From an uncultured Gemmatimonadaceae bacterium (GTDB taxonomy: Bacteria > Gemmatimonadota > Gemmatimonadetes > Gemmatimonadales > Gemmatimonadaceae): a DNA stretch of 64,000 bases. The position numbers and the translations under genes are program-made. The notes under the pieces are model-generated. The model ran no database searches, was not told the DNA's origin, and was given only the letters and a program-made list of their open reading frames with translations. Location of the stretch: positions 1,792,001-1,856,000 of the forward strand of contig OY970320.1 in NCBI GenBank assembly GCA_963716745.1. The letters are read 5' to 3'. Within the stretch, counting starts at the first letter, position 1. Every line of letters begins with the position of its first letter. Below are positions 20,401 through 31,914 of the stretch, piece after piece.

Positions 20401-20606
20401 TCTTCCACCGGCCGCACGATGTCGCGCTCGACCTCGTCGGGCGAGGCGCCCGGATACGGGATCGTCACGCCGATGATCGGCTGCTGCACGTCGGGGAATT
20501 CGTCCGTCTGCAGATTGATCAGCGCGGCGATGCCGAACGCCACGAGCGCGAGCATCGTGGTGATGGTGACGATCGGCCGCTTGATCGCGAAGTCGGAGAT
20601 GAACAT
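17457..20606 (-). CDS. RND efflux permease (AcrB/AcrD/AcrF family)
   Basis: 1049 aa; [47 protein letters not shown]. Confidence 0.96.
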   Translation of the reverse strand: MFISDFAIKRPIVTITTMLALVAFGIAALINLQTDEFPDVQQPIIGVTIPYPGASPDEVERDIVRPVEEAVFGISGLDAEKSTCFAIDGLAQCTIFFDFEKPIQQASQDIRDAISVKRADLPPEMKEPVLTRFDPSEQPAMTLTLTSPTTAPEVLTRIADPAITGVIRSIPGVARVSVVGGVKRNMVVEVRPADLQAAGLSVATVLARVQQQNIAAPVGWINGPLNERLIRLSGRLANAEEFGNIVVADRNGQIIRLRQVANVYDGTEEARTSALFNGSEAVGIEIVKSKGFSTTQVSKLIREKVDEIQKTLPAGVHFAIVQDAGQRVAAAVRNVEEALIEGALLTVLVVFLFLNSWRSTVITGLALPVSALASFIAVWAFGFTLNTMSLLGLSLAIGILIDDAIVVRENIVRHIEMGKDHFKASHEGTDEIGLAVAATTFSIVAVFVPVAFMYGVAGQWFKPFALTIACAVLVSLFVSFSLDPMLSAYWPDPQIEAHERRNAIARALDRFNVWFDRQADNYKGVMAWALDHRLAMVVIAVASFVGAIVLQATFGGAGFVPESDRSEINVMVLTPPGSNLDYTRVKTEEVARIARSYPEVEYTYTSIGGAIPFRAPGVDQALIYVRLMPKAKRSQKQDAIGQRLRTDLARVGGAATSVFTSGFGGALKQIQIEMRGPDPVVLTRLAQKAADVVRTVPGAVDVDLSVRGEKPELDVQLNRGLAGSLGITTSQVVASLRPAFAGVKAGDWTDPDGELRDVTVRLAPESRANTADLERLPLTLQGSDGRVVTVPLGQIADVQRSTGPAQINHLNRDPVVNVQANVQGRSLNEVTSAINAKLAKMPLPTGYRITQGGEARDQAEVFTRIFTALGIAVLLMYLILVMQFGSFLDPLAILISLPLSLIGVVLALIVTGSTLNIMSLIGVILLMGIVAKNAILLIDFAKWAREGGLPLRDALIEAGRIRLRPIIMTTVALIAGMIPVAIGAGEGADFRAPLGRAVIGGVITSTLLTLIVIPTVYEILNEWKEGLLALMNKRPSATASTEPVPETRG

Positions 20607-20644
20607 GGTCGCCTGCTCTTAGAGAGTGCTGAACTCGCGCGGTG

Positions 20645-21790
20645 CTACGGACGCGGCGCCGCGGACGTGTCGGACGGCGGCGCGGTGACCTTGATGCGCG
20701 TTCCCTCGGTGAGGCCCTGCGCCGCGCCGACGAGGATCGTATCGCCGGCAGCCAGTCCGCTCGTGACCTCAACCATGTCCGTGTCCGGATCGCGCGAAGC
20801 GAGCTTCACGGCCACGCGCTCCGCCTTTCCGCCCTTCAGCCGCAGCACGGTCGGCGCGATCCCACGTTCGTCCACCGCGCTCACGGGCACCGCGATGCCG
20901 ATCGCCGACGTGGTCGCCACGCGTCCCTGCGCGAACAGCCCGCCCACGAGCGCGCCCTTCGCGTTGGGCACCGACACCCACACGCGCACTTGGCGCGTCT
21001 GCGGATCGGCGGCGGGACTCACGCGCTCCACTTGCCCGGTGAACGTGCGCCCCGGATAACCCTTCACCGTGAACCGCACCGGCGCGCCGACGCGCAGCAG
21101 CGCGACCTCCTCGGCCGGCACGGATCCCTCGAACCGCATGCTCGCCGGATCGATCACTGTCGCGATGGCCGAACCCGGCTGGAGCACGTCGCCGGCGTTC
21201 ACCGGCATCTCGCTCACGATGCCGGCGAACGGCGCAATGATCCGCGTGCGATCGAGTTGCTGCTGCGCCGACGCCATGCGCGACTGCGCGTCGGCATAGA
21301 GCGCCTGCGACGACGCGAGCGTGCGCTTCGCCTGTTCGAGGTCGCGATCCGCCACGGCACCGGCGGCCTGCAGTTTCGCGCTGCGGTCGGCATCCCGCTG
21401 GGCGTCGTCGAGCGAGATCTGCGCGACCCGCTCGGCGGAACGCGCCGAGAGGTACGATTCGCGGATCGCGCTGTCATCGATGCGCACGATGAGCTGGCCG
21501 CGCTTCACGGGCTGTCCCGGCAGCACGAGCGTCTCGACGATCCGGCCGCTCACTTCGGCGCGCAGGCGTGCCTCGCGCAGCGCCGTGAGCGAGCCCGACA
21601 CGGCCGGCCCGCTCTCGAGCGGCCCGCGCACGACGACCACGATGTTCTCTGGTCCCACATCCATCGCGATCGCCGCCGCGGCATCGGCCGGCCGCGCCGC
21701 CGCGAGTTTCTTCTTGTAGATCACGCCCGCCCCGACCGTGATGAGAGCGACGGCCAGCCCGAGCAGCGCCCAGTTCCTGAGCTTGTTCAT
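20645..21790 (-). CDS. RND efflux periplasmic adaptor (MFP)
   Basis: N-terminal anchor, RAEVSGRI lipoyl-like motif, coiled coil, IIAPFAGIV, SPAADPQTRQV. Confidence 0.93.
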   Translation of the reverse strand: MNKLRNWALLGLAVALITVGAGVIYKKKLAAARPADAAAAIAMDVGPENIVVVVRGPLESGPAVSGSLTALREARLRAEVSGRIVETLVLPGQPVKRGQLIVRIDDSAIRESYLSARSAERVAQISLDDAQRDADRSAKLQAAGAVADRDLEQAKRTLASSQALYADAQSRMASAQQQLDRTRIIAPFAGIVSEMPVNAGDVLQPGSAIATVIDPASMRFEGSVPAEEVALLRVGAPVRFTVKGYPGRTFTGQVERVSPAADPQTRQVRVWVSVPNAKGALVGGLFAQGRVATTSAIGIAVPVSAVDERGIAPTVLRLKGGKAERVAVKLASRDPDTDMVEVTSGLAAGDTILVGAAQGLTEGTRIKVTAPPSDTSAAPRP

Positions 21791-23375
21791 GGAGTCACTC
21801 CAAGGTTGTTCGCCGGCGCTGGGACGATCGCCGGTTGTAGTTGCGGGATGCCGGTCGCAGTGGCCTGCTGCGCGTTCACGATCACGCCGCCGCTCGGTGT
21901 GGAAGCGGGCAGATCTCGATGAGCGCGAGCCGCACCCGCGCGACCTGGAGGTCGCGCGCCGCGATCGCGCGGTTCGCCCGCGCCTGCTCGAGCGCGAGCC
22001 GCTGGTCGAGCAATTCCGTTTGCGTCGACACGCCTTCCTTGTATCTCACTTCCGCGATCGCGTACGCGCGCGCGGCGAGATCGGCGGTGCCGACGCTCGC
22101 CGTCCACGTCGCCTGCGCGGCCATGAGCCGGTACACCGCGTCGCGCGCATCGAGCTGCGCCGTTTGCCGCACGATGCGCATTTGCGCCATCGCGTCGCGC
22201 CAGTTCGCTTGCGCGATCACGACGTCACCGTGGATGTTGCCGCCGGTGTAGAGCGGGAACGCGAGCGCGCCCGTGATCGACCAGTTGGTGCGGAAATCGT
22301 TCACCGGCGGCGGCGCGTAGCTGGACGGATAACCGACCTTCCCCCATGCCGAGGTGAGCGTGAATTGCGGATACCACTGCGACTTCGCCACGGTGATCCC
22401 CTCGTGCTGCGCGAACACGTTCTCGCCCGCCTGCCGCACCGGCGCGCGCGCGTCGGTGCTCGTGTCTGATGGGTGCGCAATGATCTCCGCCAGCCGCGCC
22501 GACGCCGCCGCGCTCGTGTCGCCGAGTTCGGTCGTGAGATCGAGCGGCTGTTCGGGCGGCAGCCGCAGCAACTGCGCCAGCCGCGTGTGGGCGATCGCCT
22601 GGTCGGCGAGCCGTTGGATCACGATCGGCCGCTGATTGTCGCGCGTGACCTCCGCGCGCAGCACGTCGAACTCCGGGCGCGCGCCCACTTGCCGGCCGAG
22701 CTGCGCCTGCACGAGCGTCGTTTCCGCCTGCGACAACGAGGCGCGCGCGATGTCGACCAGCCGGTCGCTCAGCGCGGCATCGTAGTACGTCTGGGTCACC
22801 GTGAGGATCAACTGTGCCTGCGCTTCCGTGAGCGTCAGTCCAGCGGACCGTACTCCCGCCGCGGCCGCGTTGGTGGACGCGTTCAGCTTGCCGCCCGTGT
22901 AGATGTTCTGCGAAAGGTTCACGCCGAATGCGTACCGGTTCGGCTGGCCGAAGGGCAGGTTCGCGAACGGGCTGCTCGGCTGGCATCCGAACCCGTTCTC
23001 GAGCTGCGTCACGCGCTGGCCGATCGGCAGCGTGCTGTCGATCGGGAAGTTGCTGCAGGGCGGCGGTCCGCTCGTGGTGCCGGTGAGATTCGAGTACTCG
23101 CTCGCGAGCGTGCGCGTGTAGCTGATCGACCCCGTGATCTGGGGAAGGTACTGGCTGCGCGCTTTCTCCTGCTGCCCCTCGGCGCGCACGATCGCCTGTC
23201 GCGCGATGCGCACGACGTCGCTCACCGTATCGGCGATGCTGAAGGCCGCATCGAGCGAGAGCGGACGCGCCGGTGGCGCGGCGCTCTGCGAGGCGGCGGA
23301 GGCCGCGCGCATGGCGCAAAGAGCGAGCGCCGCGCACGCGGCGCGTGTGATCGTGGTGCGTGTCATCGCATGCAT
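21787..23375 (-). CDS. TolC-family outer-membrane efflux protein, frameshifted near 21920
   Basis: OEP repeats (ARSQYLPQI, VTQTYYD, FDVLRAEV, AEVRYKEGVSTQTELLD). The alternative-frame tail DLPASTPSGG...GVTP* ends in an ATGA overlap with the MFP start. Confidence 0.88.
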
Positions 23376-23454
23376 GGTGCGGGTTGGTGAAGAAACCAAG
23401 GGCCGCGGCTCCCTACGAAGAGCGGCGGCCCCGGGGTTCTACGATCGCGCGCGC

Positions 23455-23676
23455 TTAGTTCGGCTTCTTGAGGTCGTTGAAGAAGCCCCAGGTGAATCCA
23501 ATGACCGGAATGGTGAAGAAGAACCACCACGACATCGCCCCATAGAACGGCATGCCGGGGAATCCCTCATGGTACGAGAGCTTCGTCCCGTGATACGTGA
23601 CGAACATGAAGGCGAACAACGCCGCCGATCCGAGCCAGCCGAGCGCGACCAGCGCGCCCTGGATCTTCCGATTCAT
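23455..23676 (-). CDS. Small two-TM hypothetical membrane protein
   Basis: MNRKIQGALVALGWLGSAALFAFMFVTY...MSWWFFFTIPVIGFTWGFFNDLKKPN; two hydrophobic helices. Confidence 0.65.
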   Translation of the reverse strand: MNRKIQGALVALGWLGSAALFAFMFVTYHGTKLSYHEGFPGMPFYGAMSWWFFFTIPVIGFTWGFFNDLKKPN

Positions 23677-23854
23677 CGCCAGGCCTCGTGCACGTGATGG
23701 GGTCCCACTGCGGTCCACTGACGCGAAAAAGATAACGCCGGAGGTGGGCGCCGGGCTAGCCGGAACGCCCCCGGATGTTGCGGACGCCCCCCGCCGCGAG
23801 CGATCATCTACCCGCCAGCGTCGCCCGTTCGCCCCCGACCGTGGAGGCCCGCAC

Positions 23855-24670
23855 ATGAAGGTACGGATTGCCGTGGTCGCGCTCGTGCTCGCCGTCGTTT
23901 GCGCCGCGACCCTGTCGGCGCACGACATGTTCATCAAGCTCGACACGTACTTCATGGCGCCGGGCGACACGCTTCGAGTCCCGATCCTGAACGGGACGTT
24001 CACCCAGAGCTCGAACGGCATTGCGTTCGACCGCGTGAGCCAGGTGCTACTGCTCGCGCCTGACGGTTTCACCTCTCCCAAGCCGCTGGATTGGAGCGTC
24101 GCGTACGGCGATTCCACGACGCAATTCGGCGTCGTGCTGCACAACCCCGGCACGTACGCACTGGGCGTGTCCACGAAACCGCGCGAGCTCGCACAGACGG
24201 CCAATGCGTTCAACAAGTACCTCAAGGAAGAAGGGATCAGCGACATCCTCGCGCTCCGGAAGAAGAACGGCCAGATGAAGTGGCCGGCCCGCGAGCGCTA
24301 CTCGAAGAACGTGAAGGCGGTGTTCCAGGTGGGCGAGGACCGCACGCCGCAGGTGAACATGCCCTTCGGTTCCTCCGCGGAAGTCGTGCCGCTCGACAAT
24401 CCTTATGCGGGGTCGCGCACGGGCGTCATCCGCATGCTCTGTTTGGTGGGCAGCAAGGCGGTGGCGGGGATGACCGTGCTGGTAGGCAGCCAGCTTGCGA
24501 ATGAGCGGCCGCACGAGATCTCGATGGTGACCGACGCGAATGGTGTCATCGCCGTGCGCATCACGCGGAAGGGGCGATGGTACGTGAAGTTCGTGCACAT
24601 GGTGCGCCTCACCGGCGGCGAGATCGACTACGAGTCGCGGTGGGCGTCGCTCACCTTCCAGGTGCGCTGA
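23855..24670 (+). CDS. Exported DUF4198-like protein
   Basis: GGAGG RBS; signal peptide ending LSA-HDMFIK; FNKYLKEEG, RERYSKNVKA, EVVPLDNPY, TDANG, YESRWASLTF. Confidence 0.8.
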   Translation: MKVRIAVVALVLAVVCAATLSAHDMFIKLDTYFMAPGDTLRVPILNGTFTQSSNGIAFDRVSQVLLLAPDGFTSPKPLDWSVAYGDSTTQFGVVLHNPGTYALGVSTKPRELAQTANAFNKYLKEEGISDILALRKKNGQMKWPARERYSKNVKAVFQVGEDRTPQVNMPFGSSAEVVPLDNPYAGSRTGVIRMLCLVGSKAVAGMTVLVGSQLANERPHEISMVTDANGVIAVRITRKGRWYVKFVHMVRLTGGEIDYESRWASLTFQVR

Positions 24671-24761
24671 GGGCCTTCTCGTTTCCTTCAGTCTCCCCGC
24701 GCCGTCATAGCAGCGTGGGCCGCGAAGTGGCGCGCGCCCGGCCCTTCTCCGACCAACCCCG

Positions 24762-27700
24762 ATGACGCAATTCGTCCTATACCTCGTGTTCGTCCTCTCG
24801 GGCGCCGCGGGGCTGATCTACGAGTCGATCTGGAGCCGCTACCTCGGACTCTTCGTAGGGCACAGCGCGTACGCGCAGATCATCGTGCTCACGATCTTCC
24901 TCGGCGGCATGTCCCTCGGCGCCTGGGGCACGAGCCGCCGCTCCGAGCGGCTCACGCAGCCGCTGCTCGCGTACGCGCTCATCGAGCTCACCATCGGCGG
25001 CATCGGGTTCGTCTTCCACGATGTGTTCGTGGGCACTACCGCGCTCGCGTACGACTCGATCTTCCCGCACCTCGCGGGCAGCCCGGCTGCTGCTCACCGT
25101 CGTGAAGTGGTCGATCGCCAGCGCGCTGATCCTGCCGCAGTCCGTACTGCTCGGCACGACCTTCCCGCTCATGAGCGCGGGCGTGCTGCGTCTCGTGCGG
25201 CAGCAATCCGGCCGCGTGCTCTCCCTGCTCTATTTCGCGAACAGCCTTGGCGCCTCGGTCGGCGTGCTCGTCGCGGGATTCTATCTGCTGCCCAACTACG
25301 GACTCGAGACCACCCTGCTCGCGGCGGCGATCCTCAATTGGACCGTGTTCGTCGCCACGCTCTGCGCGATCCGGATCCCCGAGATGCTCGCGCCACGCGC
25401 CGAGGTGGAGAGCGATGAACGGAGCGCGGCCACTCCGGCGGCCGCGCCCGCGCCGGCATATCCCATGCCCCTGGGCAGCGAGCGGCTCTGGCGGCTGCTG
25501 CTGATCGTCGCGTTCGGCACCGCGATCGCGTCGTTCGTCTATGAGATCTCGTGGATCCGCCTGCTCTCGCTCGTGCTCGGCAGCGCCACGCATTCGTTCG
25601 ATCTCATGCTGTCGGCGTTCATCCTCGGGCTCGCGCTCGGCGCACTGTGGGTGCAGAATCGCGCCGACCGGTTCAAGGATCCACTGCGAGCCCTCGGCAT
25701 CATCCAGTGGATCATGGGATTCGCCGCGATGGCGACCATTCCGCTGTATCTCTGGTCCTTCCGGTGGATGCAGTTGTTGATCACATCGCTCTCGGAATCC
25801 AACGGCGCGTACGATCTCTTCAGCATCGCGCGCTACGCGATCTGCGTGCTCGTCATGGTGCCGGCGACGTTCTTCGCGGGCATGACCCTCCCCGTCATCA
25901 CGAAGCTCCTTATCGACTCCGGCCGCGGAGAGCGCGCGGTGGGCACGGTGTACGCCGTGAATACCTTTGGATCGATCATCGGCGTGATCATCGCCGGGCT
26001 GATCCTTATGCCGTTGCTCGGCCTGAAGACGCTATTGATCCAGGGCGCCGTGCTCGACATGGGCCTCGGTGTCTACTTGCTGTACAAGGCCGCGGGCGAT
26101 TCGCGGCGCCGGCAGAACTTCGCATACGCGATGGCTGTCGGCGTGTTCTTCGTGACGTCGATCTCCGTGCTGATGAATCGGTTCGACCTCACGATCCTTT
26201 CGAGTGGCGTCTTCCGCCATGGCGGACTGCCCGAACCCGGCACGCGGTCGATCCTCTATTACAAAGATGGACGCACCGCGACCGTCACCGTCGGGCAAAG
26301 CAATCGCGACAAGAGTCTCTTCATCTCAACGAACGGTAAGCCGGACGCGTCGCTCGACACGCTCTGGTACAACTACGATCGCAACGCGCCGCGCCATTGG
26401 GCGGGCGGCGATGTGTCCACGCAGATCCTGCTGCCGCTCATGGTGCTCGCGCACGCGCCGCGCGCCACGAACGCGGCGGTGATCGGCGAAGGCTCGGGCA
26501 TGACGTCGCATCTCCTGCTGGGCAGCCCGTACCTCAAGAGCCTCACCACCATCGAGATCGAGCCGGCGATGATCGAGGGCTCGCGCGCGTTTGCCAAGGC
26601 GAACTGGCGCGTCTTCGCGGACACCGCGCGGTCGCACTTCGCCATCGACGACGCGAAATCCTTCTTCGCGACCAACGGAAGCCAGTTCGACCTGATCGTC
26701 TCCGAACCGTCGAATCCGTGGGTGAGCGGCGTGTCCGGGTTATTCACCGTGGAGTTCTACGCGCGGGTGAAGCACTACCTCACGCCGAACGGCGTGTTCG
26801 GCCAGTGGCTGCACCTGTACGAGATCAACGATGGGCTCGTGATGAGCGTGCTGGCCGCGCTGCACCAGAACTTCGCGTCGTACCAGATCTTCATGACGTC
26901 GAATGCGGACATCCTCATCGTGGCGAGCAATGGCTCCACGCTGCCGGTTCCCGACTGGTCCGTGTTCAACTATCCGCTCATCGCCGCCGATCTCCGGCCG
27001 CTCGTTCCCTTCCGGCCGTCGGTGCTCGAGTCGTACCGCGTCGGCAGCCGCGAGCAGCTCACGCCGCTCGTGAGCCTCATGGGATCGGTGAATTCCGATT
27101 ACATGCCGATCCTCGACATCGGGGCCGAGCGTTCGCGCTTCCTGCACGAGAGCGCCGACGGCCTCGCCGACCTGCGCGCCGGCCGCTTCAATGTCATCTC
27201 GGCGATCTATGGTGAGCACATCCCGTTCGATACGGGCACCATCACACCGGTGCCGTCCATCCCGCGCAGCCACGAGCTCGCCCTTGGCGCGGTGCTGCAC
27301 GCGCGTCGCACCGCGATCTTGCAGGACACTATGAGCGCGCTCGGCGCGCTCGACGCGTTGCAGCGCCGGTCGCGCCTCGAGAACGGGATGGCGTCCGGTC
27401 GGCCGCCGGTGGATTGGCGCATCTGGACCACGGACGCGCTCGCCGTCGAGAGGGATCTCGATGGTGGCACCGCCGGCGTGGTCGACGAGGATTATTTCCG
27501 TAGCGTGAACGCATACTTGGCCGCGCAACACGCCCCCGCGGGCGCGCGGCAGACGTTCGCGTTCGTCCGCGCGTTCTCGCTCCAGGATTTCCGGGCGGCC
27601 TCGGCGCTCGCCGATTCGCTGGATCCCGGCGAGTACGGCACGACGTGGCTCGCGCTCGACGACCTCCGGGATGCCGGCACCGTGGCGAAGATCCGGGTGG

Positions 27701-27876
27701 GAGATGTGGCCGGCGCGCGCACGTACTGGAAGGCGCTCGGCAAGCGCGGCGCGCGCGCGGACGATCATGTGCGATCGCTGCTCATCGTCGCGTACATGAT
27801 CGCCGCCGACAAGGCGCAGCGCACGCATGGCGTGGTCACGGCGCCGGCCGGCACACCCGGCGCGGCCAAGCGCTAG
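24762..27876 (+). CDS. Fused MFS-like membrane domain / spermidine synthase-like SAM-binding protein, frameshifted near 25086
   Basis: LSGAAGLIYESIWSRYL, LYFANSLG, YEISWIRLLSLVLGS, YAVNTFGSIIG, then NGKPDAS, VIGEGSGMT, EIEPAMI, DLIVSEPSNPW. One extra G splits the frames. Confidence 0.85.
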
Positions 27877-28033
27877 CGCAGTCTCGTCGCACCGCGGGAA
27901 CCAATCGGCCTCCCGGGGTATCCGCGTTATCCTGTGGCGTTGGCCCTAGGGCCAACTGGCGCGTGAGAATGCCCGTAGTTAACGTGGTTGCCAGAGTGCC
28001 ACGAACACCATTTCGACGGAGAGGGCAGCCACC

Positions 28034-28720
28034 ATGTCTAGTCGTACATCACTCGGGCGTGCCGCGCTCACAGCGCTCGGCCTCGCCCTGCTGACCGCGA
28101 TTCCCGCGGCGGCGCAGCGGGCACAAGCGGTGGAGATCAGCGCCTTCGGCGGCTGGTACTTCGGCAGTCAGATCTACCAGGGTACTCCGTCGTCTGGATG
28201 CGAAGGATGCAACGGAGTCATTAGCGTCTCTGTCGGCGACGCCGGCATGTACGGCGCGCGGCTGGGCTACGACGTGTCGCGCACGTTCGGCCTCGAGTTC
28301 TCTTGGTCCGCCTCCGATCCTGCCCTGCATTTCTACGGCGCTGGCGCGAGCGGACTGCGGGGCGACATCGCCGTCAACAACTTCGATTTCGATGCCATGT
28401 TCAACTTCGGACAGCAGCGCATTTGGGGTTATCTCGCACTCGGTGTGGGCTGGGCGGATTTCAACCCGAGCGTCACGTTCAGCGGAGTCCCGCAGGATAT
28501 CCGGGGCCAGTCGTATTTCTCCGGGAACACCGCGCTTGGCATGAAGGCGTTCATCAATCCGCACCTGTACGTCCGGTTCGACGCGCGTTACCGCTGGTCG
28601 TCCACCAATCACCAGACTAGCTCGGGCGTCGGCTGCTACTACTACTGCTATGGCTATAGCACGAATTACTACGGCGCCGGCGAGCTCACGGGCGGGCTGT
28701 CGTATATCGCGTTCAAGTAG
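28034..28720 (+). CDS. Outer-membrane beta-barrel protein (OmpA-like 8-strand type)
   Basis: Signal peptide, EISAFGGW, YGARLGY, GLEFSW, YLALGVG, VRFDARY, GGLSYIAF. Confidence 0.8.
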   Translation: MSSRTSLGRAALTALGLALLTAIPAAAQRAQAVEISAFGGWYFGSQIYQGTPSSGCEGCNGVISVSVGDAGMYGARLGYDVSRTFGLEFSWSASDPALHFYGAGASGLRGDIAVNNFDFDAMFNFGQQRIWGYLALGVGWADFNPSVTFSGVPQDIRGQSYFSGNTALGMKAFINPHLYVRFDARYRWSSTNHQTSSGVGCYYYCYGYSTNYYGAGELTGGLSYIAFK

Positions 28721-28744
28721 ACACTTCCGCAGCCTCAGACATCG

Positions 28745-28779
28745 CGCGGGGCCGCCTTATCGGCGGCCCCGCGTTTTTT
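28745..28779 (+). terminator. Rho-independent terminator
   Basis: CGCGGGGCCGCC-TTATC-GGCGGCCCCGCG followed by TTTTTT. Confidence 0.9.
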
Positions 28780-28870
28780 CATCGGTTCCCCAGTAGACCG
28801 CCGGCTTGACACGTGCGAAATTGCATCCGAGCGTGTGTCAGTACCCGGTTACCTATCAGCGAAGGGCCCC

Positions 28871-29453
28871 GTGATTCCCACCGACCAAGCGACCCGCGTG
28901 AAGAACGCGGCCCCGGCGAAGATGCCGGTGAGCGATATCGCCGTGAAAGCCAAGACCGGCCGCACCTGGGCACAATGGTGCACGCTGCTCGACAAAGAGC
29001 GCGCGGGCGAGATGTCGCATAAGGAACTCGCCGTGCTCCTCGAGACGAAGTTCTCCGTGGGCGAATGGTGGTGCCAGAATGGTCACCGTTGGCTACGAGC
29101 GCGCGCGCGGCAAGCGCGCCGTGAACCAGACGACGCGCGGCTTCAGCGCGAGCGTGAGCCGCACCATCGCGGCATCCGCGGCCAAGGCGCACAAAGCATG
29201 GACCGACGCCGCCACCCGTGCACAGTGGCTCGCCGGACAGCGCTTCACGGTACGCGCTTCCACCGCCGGAAAGTCCCTGCGCATCACGTGGCCGGATGAG
29301 ACGAACGTCGACGTCACGATCACCGCACGCGGCAAGGACAAGTGCGTTCTCGCCGTGCAGCACGACAAGCTGAAGAGCGCGGCCGCGGTGCGCGGCGCGA
29401 AGTCATTCTGGTCGGAGCGCCTCGACGCGCTCCGCGACACGCTCGAGCGCTAG
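28871..29453 (+). CDS. Hypothetical protein (DUF4287-like N-terminus, SRPBCC-like C-terminus), frameshifted near 29078
   Basis: SDIAVKAKTGRTWAQWCTLLD...SHKELA...WWCQ continues as MVTVGYERARGKR...SVSRTI...VQHDKL...KSFW after removing one A. Start uncertain. Confidence 0.7.
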
Positions 29454-31048
29454 CGCGGCGCGCGCCGCCCGCAGGCGCGGATCATGCGCCGCGGTTCGGG
29501 CGCATTCGGGTACAGCGCCCGCGCTGCGATCGCCGCGGCGCGCATTTCCTCGCAATTCCCGCGCGCCTCGTACACCGCCGCGCGCTTCATCGCGATCCGG
29601 TAGCTCCCCGGGTCCAGGCGGCCGGCAAGGTCGTATTGCCTCACATCGCGCGCGTCGCTGAACACCGCCATCGCCGCGAGCTGTGCCGCGGACCGCGCGA
29701 CGCACGCGGCGCCGATCACGAGGACAGCGAGCGTCATCCACCGTCGCCGGGACGCTCCACCCGTTTCCGCACCGTGAGACGTCGATGGCGCCGAGAGCGC
29801 GCCGAACAGTGCCCACGCGATGAGCGCGGGCGCCGGCAACAATAACACCGCGTCGAACGCGCTCACGATCACGGTCACGACCAGTGCGCTCGCGAGCGCG
29901 AGCCCCTCGACGTACTGCTCCGCGTTCGTCGCGCGGTCGGCGCGGCGCCACGCGCCCACGGCGAGACCGAACAACACGAGCGCCAGGACTCCCAGCGCCG
30001 GGAATCCGCGCTCCGCCGCGATCGCCATCCAGTCGCTGCTCGGCCACGGATTCGCCGTCATGCCATCGTCCGCATCCAGCGACGGATCGTTCGGCGTGGC
30101 CACCCGCGGATACGCCACCGCCCAATTGCCCGGCCCCACGCCGAGCATCGGGTGCGCCGCGGCGATCCGCAGCGTGTTCGTGTATTGCAGCACGCGTCCG
30201 TGCCCGCTCCCCTCGCGGTAGTTCACCACACCGGTCACGGTGTCGAGATACGGCGAGTCGCTCTTCCACTCGAGTGTGTTGGGGAGCAGCACCGCCGCGA
30301 GCACCCCGAGCGAAGCCGACGCGCCGAGGAACCACATGCGGCGCGCCGCGCGCGGCTCGCTCCATTTGCGATGCGCGCGCCACAGACCGAGCGCGAGCAG
30401 CGCCGCCCCGGCGGCGAGGGCGAGCCACGCGGCGCGCGTGCGCGAGAGCACGAGCGCCGCGGCGAGCACCGCCATGCCCGCCACGCCCAGCAGCGCCACC
30501 CATCCGCGACGCGCGCCGATCACGCAGAGGACCACCGCCGGCACGCCGATCGCCGCGAGATGTGCCATGAAATTGCGATTGCCGAACGTCCCGCCCGGTG
30601 CGCGGTTCAGGCTGAAGTATTCGCTCGTCACGCCGTACGTCTGTGCCAGCGACGTGATCGCGCCGAGCACCGCGGCCGCCGCGCAGCCGGCCACGATGGT
30701 GCGCCAGGCGCCGCCCTCGGACGCCGCGCGCGCCGCCAGGAACACCACTGCCGACGCGAGCGTGATCGCGAGTGCGCGCGTGGCCAGCCAATGATTCGTG
30801 GCGAACACGGCGCTGATCGCGCTGAGCGCGACGTACAGTCCGAGCAGCACGTCCACGCGCGTGAACGCGATCTCGCGCCCGCGGCCAAGGATCATGAGCG
30901 CCGTCACCAGCGCGGCCGCGTTCAGCACGAGCTCTTTGGGCACGAAGAAGCGGTCGAGTTCGAACAGTTTGTATGGCGCCGCCGCGAGCACCACGGCGAA
31001 CGCCGCCGCCACGATCGCCCACCGCATCCACCGCCGCTCATCGCTCAT
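29450..31048 (-). CDS. O-antigen ligase (Wzy_C) family membrane protein
   Basis: Many TM helices; PGGTFGNRNFMAH, LSRTRAAWLA, HPMLGVGPGNW, IAAERGFPAL. Confidence 0.85.
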   Translation of the reverse strand: MSDERRWMRWAIVAAAFAVVLAAAPYKLFELDRFFVPKELVLNAAALVTALMILGRGREIAFTRVDVLLGLYVALSAISAVFATNHWLATRALAITLASAVVFLAARAASEGGAWRTIVAGCAAAAVLGAITSLAQTYGVTSEYFSLNRAPGGTFGNRNFMAHLAAIGVPAVVLCVIGARRGWVALLGVAGMAVLAAALVLSRTRAAWLALAAGAALLALGLWRAHRKWSEPRAARRMWFLGASASLGVLAAVLLPNTLEWKSDSPYLDTVTGVVNYREGSGHGRVLQYTNTLRIAAAHPMLGVGPGNWAVAYPRVATPNDPSLDADDGMTANPWPSSDWMAIAAERGFPALGVLALVLFGLAVGAWRRADRATNAEQYVEGLALASALVVTVIVSAFDAVLLLPAPALIAWALFGALSAPSTSHGAETGGASRRRWMTLAVLVIGAACVARSAAQLAAMAVFSDARDVRQYDLAGRLDPGSYRIAMKRAAVYEARGNCEEMRAAAIAARALYPNAPEPRRMIRACGRRAPR

Positions 31049-31146
31049 GGACGCTGAAGATACGTGGATTCGCCAATGCACGCGGCACGATGCACGATGC
31101 ATGACGGCCCTGCCCTTCGCGCCCGAGTTCCTTCATCTTTCCCATC

Positions 31147-31914
31147 ATGACGAAATGGGTGAAGACTCTCATCGCGATCAACGTCGCCGTTTGGGTGCTC
31201 CAGCTGGTGTTCCCGTGGATCACGCCAACCTTCCAGCTCGTGCCATCGCACGCGCTCCAAGCGCCGTGGACGGTGTTCACGTACATGTTCCTCCACGACC
31301 CGAACAATTTCCTGCACCTCGCCTTCAACATGCTGGCGCTGTACTTCTTCGGCCCGCGGTTGGAGGGACTGCTCGGCGGGTCCCGATTCCTCACGCTCTA
31401 TCTGCTCAGCGGCCTCGGTGGCGGCGTGCTCTCGTTCATGCCGCCCTACTACAACTCCGCGATCATCGGCGCGTCGGGCGCCATCTTCGGCGTGCTCGCG
31501 GCGTACGCGCGCCTTTGGCCGCGCGACCGCATCTACATCTACGGCGTGCTGCCAGTGCAGGTCTGGATGCTCGTGGCGTTGTACAGCGGCTACTCGCTGC
31601 TGGGCGCGCTGAATCACAACGTGGGCGCGGGCACGGCGCACTTCGGCCACCTCGGCGGCATCTTCGTCGGCTGGTTCTATATCTCGTGGATGCGCGAGCA
31701 GAGTGGCGCATCGCGTTTCAAGAAGAACGTCACCGCGGCGCCGGTCTCGTCCGACGCCGAGGCCCAGCAGCGCTGGGGATCGATCCGCCTCGACGATCTC
31801 CATCCGATCAACCGCGGCGAAGCCCTCCGGCTCCTCGAGAAAGTGCGCGCGAGCGGCGCGCGCAGCCTCTCGGCCGAAGAGCGCGCCGCGCTGGACCGCT
31901 TCAGCCCGACCTAA
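31147..31914 (+). CDS. Rhomboid intramembrane serine protease
   Basis: PWTVFTYMFLH, HLAFNMLALYFFG, GASGAIFG (catalytic Ser), AHFGHLGG (catalytic His). Confidence 0.94.
   Translation: MTKWVKTLIAINVAVWVLQLVFPWITPTFQLVPSHALQAPWTVFTYMFLHDPNNFLHLAFNMLALYFFGPRLEGLLGGSRFLTLYLLSGLGGGVLSFMPPYYNSAIIGASGAIFGVLAAYARLWPRDRIYIYGVLPVQVWMLVALYSGYSLLGALNHNVGAGTAHFGHLGGIFVGWFYISWMREQSGASRFKKNVTAAPVSSDAEAQQRWGSIRLDDLHPINRGEALRLLEKVRASGARSLSAEERAALDRFSPT

Noticed and set aside
27957..27972. Sigma-54-like TGGCGCG...ATGC promoter
   Set aside because: GG-to-GC spacing is 11 rather than the required 10. No valid -24/-12 site was found at the GS genes either.
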